A stretch of DNA of 61,651 bases from a virus (taxonomy: Duplodnaviria; Caudoviricetes). Location: positions 1-61,651 of IMG/VR virus record IMGVR_UViG_3300038696_000188. The stretch is one strand, 5' to 3'. The translations under genes were made by a program, and so were the position numbers. The notes under the pieces are model-generated. The model saw only the letters and a list, made by a program, of their open reading frames with translations, did no database searches and was not told the DNA's origin. Positions within the stretch are counted from its first letter, which is position 1. The number at the start of each line of letters is the position of its first letter. Below, in pieces: positions 56,668 to 61,651 of the stretch.

Positions 56668-57728
56668 CCGTGGGACATTGCTTTGTCACAGAACGCTAAG
56701 TTGTTCTGAAGTCGCTCATTGTCTGGCTCAATTCTTACAGCTTCTTGTGCGCATGCCTGCGCTGTGGAATACTTACCAAGATTGTACGCAGCAATGGCAG
56801 CATAATCCCAGGGGGCTGAACCCCAGGCTTCCGCTTCGCAAAGATACTCAAGGGGCTTGACCGTAATGTTTGTAGCTGCCTGAGCCATTTCATAGGAGTT
56901 TTCCCAGTCCTGGTTCTGGTAATACAACTTAGCCAGGTCTACAAAGGGCTCACGGCGCCCAGGGGCCTGCTCAATTGCTTTCTTGAACCAGTACTCAGCC
57001 TCAGCGGGCAAGGACTTGCCGATAAAGCGCATGGACGCCGCCCTCTCGGGTGCCCAGTGGGCCGTAGGCAGCTCCAAATGGCGCTTTAGCTCTTCTGCAG
57101 CCTCCATGTACCTGCCATAAAAGTAGAGCTCCCGCCCGTAGTAGAAAGCGTTACGGTCGTTGTGCGGGTCCTCCTGAACAGAAAGAGCCAGGAGTGGGAG
57201 GTACTGCGAGCGACTTTTTGTTGAGTCAGGGCGGTGGTGTGTCTCAATCCCCTCTAGCCATTCTTGCTTCTCCTCGATACCAAAAGCGTAGAGGCACTCG
57301 TGTACTGGGTGACGCCACCGGAACCCTTTACGACCATGAATGTGGTCGTAGCTGAACTCGAGGCCAGGGGTGCCGTCCTCATTGAAGGACCAAATATGTT
57401 TGTACCGTGGACGATTTACCCCCCGCCCCCATGCTTCTGTAAGAATCTCTTTCCATCCCGGGGTGATGACTTCGTCCATGTCCAGCGAGACACACATGTC
57501 AATATAATCTGGAAGCGCTGCGAGAGCTGCATTTCGTGCGTCTTCAAATCTCCAGGGGGCCACCCGCACGTCTACTACATTGATACCAAGCTCACGTGCC
57601 CGCTCTACAGTGCCATCAGTTGACCCTGTGTCCGCAATAAGAAGGTAGTCTGCGTCTTTGGCTGACTCATACCATCGGTCAACAAAATCAACCTCGTTGA
57701 GCGCTATGGTGTAGATTGCTGATTTCAT
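56664..57728 (-). CDS. Glycosyltransferase family 2 with TPR repeats
   Basis: IALNE...DTGSTDGT...F..ARN...LDMDE...HPVHE; C-terminal TPR helices. Confidence 0.88.
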   Translation of the reverse strand: MKSAIYTIALNEVDFVDRWYESAKDADYLLIADTGSTDGTVERARELGINVVDVRVAPWRFEDARNAALAALPDYIDMCVSLDMDEVITPGWKEILTEAWGRGVNRPRYKHIWSFNEDGTPGLEFSYDHIHGRKGFRWRHPVHECLYAFGIEEKQEWLEGIETHHRPDSTKSRSQYLPLLALSVQEDPHNDRNAFYYGRELYFYGRYMEAAEELKRHLELPTAHWAPERAASMRFIGKSLPAEAEYWFKKAIEQAPGRREPFVDLAKLYYQNQDWENSYEMAQAATNITVKPLEYLCEAEAWGSAPWDYAAIAAYNLGKYSTAQACAQEAVRIEPDNERLQNNLAFCDKAMSHG

Positions 57729-57734
57729 TTTCTA

Positions 57735-57926
57735 CTACTCTTCTTCTTGTTTTTTCGATGACTGAAGTTCGGTTTCGTGAAAGAAATTGATAACTCTGTT
57801 GCTCACGTAGCCACCTTCAGTGTCTAGTTTTGAGTCAGCAAGCTCACGGGTGGGCGCAATAACTTGAATAGTCATTACAACCTCGTAGGCGTATACGGAC
57901 GTGGTTTCTTCTATGTCTTTGGTCAT
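57735..57926 (-). CDS. Hypothetical protein
   Basis: ATG after GAAAGAG (start re-called). Confidence 0.6.
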   Translation of the reverse strand: MTKDIEETTSVYAYEVVMTIQVIAPTRELADSKLDTEGGYVSNRVINFFHETELQSSKKQEEE

Positions 57927-57958
57927 GGTTCTCTCTTTCTTGTCGTGTTGTCGGTAGT

Positions 57959-58537
57959 CTAGCCTACTTTTGTCACCCAGCACTGGTAGTCCTTGATTAT
58001 GACTTCTATTTTGTTCTTGTAGATTCCAAGAAACGCGTCAATGGCCATCCCTGGGCGGTCCTCGGGTCCATCGCCCCCTGACCACTGGTAGTCATCAAAA
58101 GCCAGGATACCCCAAGGTTTTAGGCACTCGTAGGCATTGACGGCATCTTTGAGAACTCCGTAGGCTGTGTGGTCACCGTCAACATAAACAAAGTCATATA
58201 GCTCGCGATTATTTTTAAAGAAAGAGTCGCTTGTGCCTTTGTACTTTAAAATTTTTCTTTGATTGCGCCCAGCTAAGGTCTTTGCGTCGTAAACGGTCTC
58301 TACTGTGCCCCAGTTCATTTGATGGTGGGCAGGCTCGTCTGAGCCTTCCCAGGTGTCAACGTCTATAAGGATGGAGCCCGTGTGGTTGTACAAAACGTTG
58401 TTGTACAGCCAAACACTGGCGTCTCCTGTGTATGCACCGATTTGTAGCATACGGCTGGGCCGCTCGGCTAGGTGCTTGAGGTGTCCCTCGAAGTTTTTGA
58501 GGCCGTCGTTTTGAAACCAGTTGGGTACGTTGTTCAC
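57959..58537 (-). CDS. Class I SAM-dependent methyltransferase (Methyltransf_24-like)
   Basis: LQIGAYTG, DVDTW, DFVYVDGDH, LAFDDY. Confidence 0.88.
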   Translation of the reverse strand: MNNVPNWFQNDGLKNFEGHLKHLAERPSRMLQIGAYTGDASVWLYNNVLYNHTGSILIDVDTWEGSDEPAHHQMNWGTVETVYDAKTLAGRNQRKILKYKGTSDSFFKNNRELYDFVYVDGDHTAYGVLKDAVNAYECLKPWGILAFDDYQWSGGDGPEDRPGMAIDAFLGIYKNKIEVIIKDYQCWVTKVG

Positions 58538-58571
58538 CTTTATAGCCTACTACATAGGCGTTCAGTAGAAG

Positions 58572-58916
58572 TTAGACGCGCTCAGCCCACTGGGTGTTCT
58601 CTTCATCCCAATTGTATTCTGCACCGTCTTCTGGGTAAGCAACGGGTGCAATAATTCCGTCGTCCGTAACGTAAGCCGTAACGTCTACAGATTGGGCAAA
58701 AGCTAACGCCTCTGACTCGGTTAGCTCCGTAGCCTCCCAATCAGCCAAAATACTAAAATCTAAATCTTGTGTGGCGTAACCGAGAATAGTGCCAGTCTCG
58801 ACATCCGGGTTTGACCATGTGGACGGTGTAAGTTTGCCGCCGTTGTTGTGCGCGGTTTGTTCTGGGCCATAACCGTACCCTTCAGACCATACAAGTTTCC
58901 ATGTGCAATAACGCAT
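58572..58916 (-). CDS. Hypothetical protein
   Basis: TAATG coupling; C-terminal PVAYP.DG..Y.WDE...W. Confidence 0.75.
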   Translation of the reverse strand: MRYCTWKLVWSEGYGYGPEQTAHNNGGKLTPSTWSNPDVETGTILGYATQDLDFSILADWEATELTESEALAFAQSVDVTAYVTDDGIIAPVAYPEDGAEYNWDEENTQWAERV

Positions 58917-59407
58917 TATTTTTCCTCCGTTTCAAGTAAACCGGCTAATTCCATTGAGGTCAGATTGCCGGTGCTAACACCTTCGCTGGCGCTAAGTTGC
59001 TCGATACCGGCCTGCTTATTCAAGCGTTTACGCCAATACTCCGGTTGGTCGTTTTCGATATCCTCCAACGTGTATGGCCCAACCTGTTCCGCAATATCTT
59101 GCAACCAGACAAACTCTAAACGGGCACCCTTTAAAGTGCGCTCGGTAAGAATCAGGTCAAGCTTTTTTTCTTCGGCCTCGATAGCGTCTATGTCGTCACC
59201 TGTGTCTAAGAGGCGCTCAATTTGTACGCGTTTCTTTTGGCAATCAAGTTCAGCCAACCGTATTTTATAGGCCATATCTTGTGCCTCTATTAGCAACTGT
59301 CGCCAGCGCATAGGTGCGGTAGCGTGTTGACCGATGACGAATTGCGCTAACTCGTAACGTGTGCGAGAGGGTATGGCTGTCGTTTCTGTGTATGGCTGTA
59401 AATCCAT
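58916..59407 (-). CDS. Coiled-coil hypothetical protein
   Basis: TAATG coupling; helical; EYWRKRL. Confidence 0.75.
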   Translation of the reverse strand: MDLQPYTETTAIPSRTRYELAQFVIGQHATAPMRWRQLLIEAQDMAYKIRLAELDCQKKRVQIERLLDTGDDIDAIEAEEKKLDLILTERTLKGARLEFVWLQDIAEQVGPYTLEDIENDQPEYWRKRLNKQAGIEQLSASEGVSTGNLTSMELAGLLETEEK

Positions 59408-59925
59408 TATCCGGCAAACCCTGCCAAATTTCGACGTGCCGCCGACAACCCTGTTGCCAACGTTGAGCGTGCATCAGTTGTAAACAAAAACTTATCAACA
59501 GTAGTTACGTAAGAGCCCTCCTCGCCTCCGGCAACGTAACCGTTTTCTGCTGAAGCAAACCCTGCCACACCGTTACGTGCCGCCGATAACCCTGTTGCCA
59601 ACGTTGAGCGCGCATCAGTTGTAAACAAAAACTTGTCAACAGTAGCAAAAAAAGAGCCCGCGTTGCCTCCGGCAGCGTAACCGTTTTCTGCTGAAGCAAA
59701 CCCTGCCGCCTGTTGACGTGCCGCCGATAACCCTGTTGCCAACGTTGAGCGTGCATCAGTTGTAAACAAAAACTTATCAACAGTAGCCACCTCAGAGCCC
59801 CCCTTACCTCCGGCAGCGTAACCCGCTACAGCGGTAAAAAACGGTGGCACAAAAGACACCGCCGACACCACATTATATTTGTTGAAATTCAGTATAGAAC
59901 TGTTTGCCATACTTGTTACAGCCAC
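59407..59925 (-). CDS. Kelch-like repeat protein (3 x 47 aa)
   Basis: GY.AGG...TVDKF.F..D..STL...L..AR...AG repeats. Confidence 0.75.
   Translation of the reverse strand: MAVTSMANSSILNFNKYNVVSAVSFVPPFFTAVAGYAAGGKGGSEVATVDKFLFTTDARSTLATGLSAARQQAAGFASAENGYAAGGNAGSFFATVDKFLFTTDARSTLATGLSAARNGVAGFASAENGYVAGGEEGSYVTTVDKFLFTTDARSTLATGLSAARRNLAGFAG
59414..59823. repeat. 141-bp tandem repeat x about 2.9
   Basis: GCAAACCCTGCC anchors at 59414, 59555 and 59696. Confidence 0.9.
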
Positions 59926-59934
59926 AACAAGCCC

Positions 59935-60264
59935 CTAACTAATTTCCGAACCAAAAACATTAATACTCATATTTGCGCTAGACGCATAAAAAGTAATAAC
60001 ATCCGTAGCGTCCAAAGTAAGCCCCAAAGTCAACGTAGTAGAATCGTTGGCCGCAATCGGAACATCATACGCAAGATAATGCTGGTCAGCAATCGCTTCC
60101 CCGCTAGGGCGCACCGCAAGGCGAAATGTTCCAGCGGTAGCCGCCCGGTTAGCGATAACAATAGTAGAAATCACGGACTCACGGTCAGACGGAACCGTGT
60201 ACACGTCCGTGTTAGTAGTTGCGGAAGGAGCTGACTGCCCCAAAACCTTATAACTTGTTGCCAT
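59935..60264 (-). CDS. Small beta-rich putative virion protein
   Basis: MATSYKVLGQSAPSATT...FGSEIS; RBS AAGGAG. Confidence 0.75.
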   Translation of the reverse strand: MATSYKVLGQSAPSATTNTDVYTVPSDRESVISTIVIANRAATAGTFRLAVRPSGEAIADQHYLAYDVPIAANDSTTLTLGLTLDATDVITFYASSANMSINVFGSEIS

Positions 60265-60356
60265 TTTTTCTCCTTGTAAAGATTATAGCATAAACATTTT
60301 GCTATAAAGACTATACTAATTATACCAGAACAAACAATATGAGGTATAATAGTTTT

Positions 60357-60569
60357 ATGACAACTCATAAAATTTATACATTAAGTGATACCACTGCTTC
60401 CAGAGTTACCCCCGCTGAAACGCACTCGGGAATGGATATAACCATTCAAAACATCAACTCCTCTGGTGTTGTATACATTGGTGGAGAAGGAGTTTCCTCC
60501 TCTAACTTTGGATTTCGTTTGGGGGCAGATCATTTCCACATTGATGGATCTTATCTTATTGCTGACTAA
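60357..60569 (+). CDS. Small beta-rich protein, possibly truncated/chimeric near 60528
   Basis: TATAAT-N6-ATG; ITIQN...VYIGG..V.S..FGFRL, then an abrupt short tail. Confidence 0.5.
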   Translation: MTTHKIYTLSDTTASRVTPAETHSGMDITIQNINSSGVVYIGGEGVSSSNFGFRLGADHFHIDGSYLIAD

Positions 60570-60787
60570 GCCACTAGCTCTGTAATCTTTTCAGGGTTGA
60601 AGCCTGCCCATGAATCATTATCTGTAATAACTACAGGAGCGGCACGGTATCCTAATTCAATTAGCTTATCTAATTCATCAGGGTTATCAGAGATATTGAT
60701 TGTTGAATACTCTACCCCCAGCTTATCCATCATTCTTTTCGTTGCATCACACTGGACGCAATTATTCTTAGTATAAATAGTTACCAT
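60566..60787 (-). CDS. nrdH: NrdH-like glutaredoxin
   Basis: IYTKNNCVQC...G..AAPVV...WAGF.PEKI; RBS AAGGAG. Confidence 0.92.
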   Translation of the reverse strand: MVTIYTKNNCVQCDATKRMMDKLGVEYSTINISDNPDELDKLIELGYRAAPVVITDNDSWAGFNPEKITELVA

Positions 60788-60823
60788 TACTTCTCCTTTT
60801 AAGTTTGTGTATCTAGTATACAC

Positions 60824-61519
60824 TTAGTTGTTAATGTTTAGGTATGTCTTAAATGTCTCTGGAAAGATACCCTCCGAAAGTTTCAAGACTGCGTCAGCGT
60901 ACTCTCTGATCTCTGACTGGGCATCGTGTGGCAAACGCTGTTCAAGGAATGTCATGACGCCCTGCAGAGATACCGTCCAACGCCAACGGACGTACATGGA
61001 GTATGCTGGAAGGAACAAGCGTGCCTGCTCAGGGGCAATCCCATCAAGCATTGCCTGCTGATAAAGTCTTTCACCATTCTGAATATGAGTAATTAAATAC
61101 TCAGTGTACATGTGACCATCATCAGAATCCACCGGAGCACCGCTACCCTGCTTGCTATTCTCTGGCTTGCTACGCCACTGGTTAGGGGAAGGTACATAAA
61201 ACTCTTCGTCCTCGGTGATATATCTCCTCGAACTCTCATTCCAACCAAGCTGATTTTCAATATGGGATGAAGCCACAGCATATTTCCACCATTGTCTAGC
61301 AATAACAAGCGGGGCATAAACTTCAAAAGTCATAGCAGCATGTCTAAAAGGAGAGGTATGCTTTTCTCTAACTAAAAAGTTAATTAGTTTAGCATCTTTC
61401 TCTGTAAGTTCTGTTACTTCTTTATCATAAGATACCCTGGCGGCATTGACAACAGATAGATCACTACCCATACTATCTACTAGTCGTACATAACCTTTGT
61501 CTAACACATCGATTTTCAT
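60824..61519 (-). CDS. thyX: Flavin-dependent thymidylate synthase
   Basis: VNAARVS, HTSPF.H, NESSRRY, PEQARLFLP, AQSEIREYA. Confidence 0.92.
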   Translation of the reverse strand: MKIDVLDKGYVRLVDSMGSDLSVVNAARVSYDKEVTELTEKDAKLINFLVREKHTSPFRHAAMTFEVYAPLVIARQWWKYAVASSHIENQLGWNESSRRYITEDEEFYVPSPNQWRSKPENSKQGSGAPVDSDDGHMYTEYLITHIQNGERLYQQAMLDGIAPEQARLFLPAYSMYVRWRWTVSLQGVMTFLEQRLPHDAQSEIREYADAVLKLSEGIFPETFKTYLNINN

Positions 61520-61538
61520 ATTTCTCCTTTTTGTTTTG

Positions 61539-61613
61539 TGGCCATTGTTGGACTCGAACCAACGACGACCTCGTTATGAGCGAGGAGCTCTAACCGGGCT
61601 GAGCTAAATGGCC
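61539..61613 (-). tRNA. tRNA with CAT anticodon (Met or Ile2)
   Basis: GGCCATTTAGCTCAG...CCTCG-CTCATAA-CGAGG...GTTGGTTCGAGTCCAAC-AATGGCC-A cloverleaf; CCA not encoded. Confidence 0.9.
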
Positions 61614-61614
61614 G

Positions 61615-61651
61615 TACCCACGACAGGAATCGAACCTGCATTTTCATTCCG
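61615..61651 (-). tRNA. 3' half of a second tRNA, cut by the window edge (identity undetermined)
   Basis: T-arm GCAGG-TTCGATT-CCTGT plus 3' acceptor strand. Confidence 0.65.

Noticed and set aside
59414-59823. Diversity-generating retroelement VR/TR pair
   Set aside because: All copies are in frame within one gene, differences are not restricted to adenines of one copy, and no reverse transcriptase is present in the window.
1-61651. Prophage or host chromosome context
   Set aside because: No integrase, att site or host housekeeping synteny; thyX, nrdH, dps and tRNAs all occur in phages.

Overview
A 61.6-kb segment of a tailed (siphovirus-like) actinobacteriophage. The actinobacterial host is inferred from two WhiB genes, many leaderless TANNNT-N6-start genes and a Rosebush/cluster-B-like head module. 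Layout: (1) 1-10.8 kb, an early/accessory region built as an array of about 30 tiny genes, most with their own near-identical sigma-70-type promoter, leader and terminator, plus 13 copies of a GGGTAAAAAT motif; (2) 10.8-11.6 kb, a non-coding A/C-rich region with direct repeats where strand skew flips (candidate origin or genome end); (3) 11.6-33 kb, a head module with portal, Dps, a ~2540-aa polyvalent protein (GNAT-like, kinase-like, WYL-like, SH3-like and ART-like domains), a ~1635-aa multidomain prohead protease and two capsid proteins; (4) 33-46 kb, tail; (5) 47-56.7 kb, replication/recombination and WhiB genes; (6) 56.7-61.6 kb, mostly minus-strand glycosyltransferase, methyltransferase, a Kelch-like repeat module, nrdH, thyX and tRNAs. 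The last 1.1 kb may be a chimeric join. I recognised no terminase, integrase or endolysin. All functional calls come from motif recognition by eye; no database searches were run.
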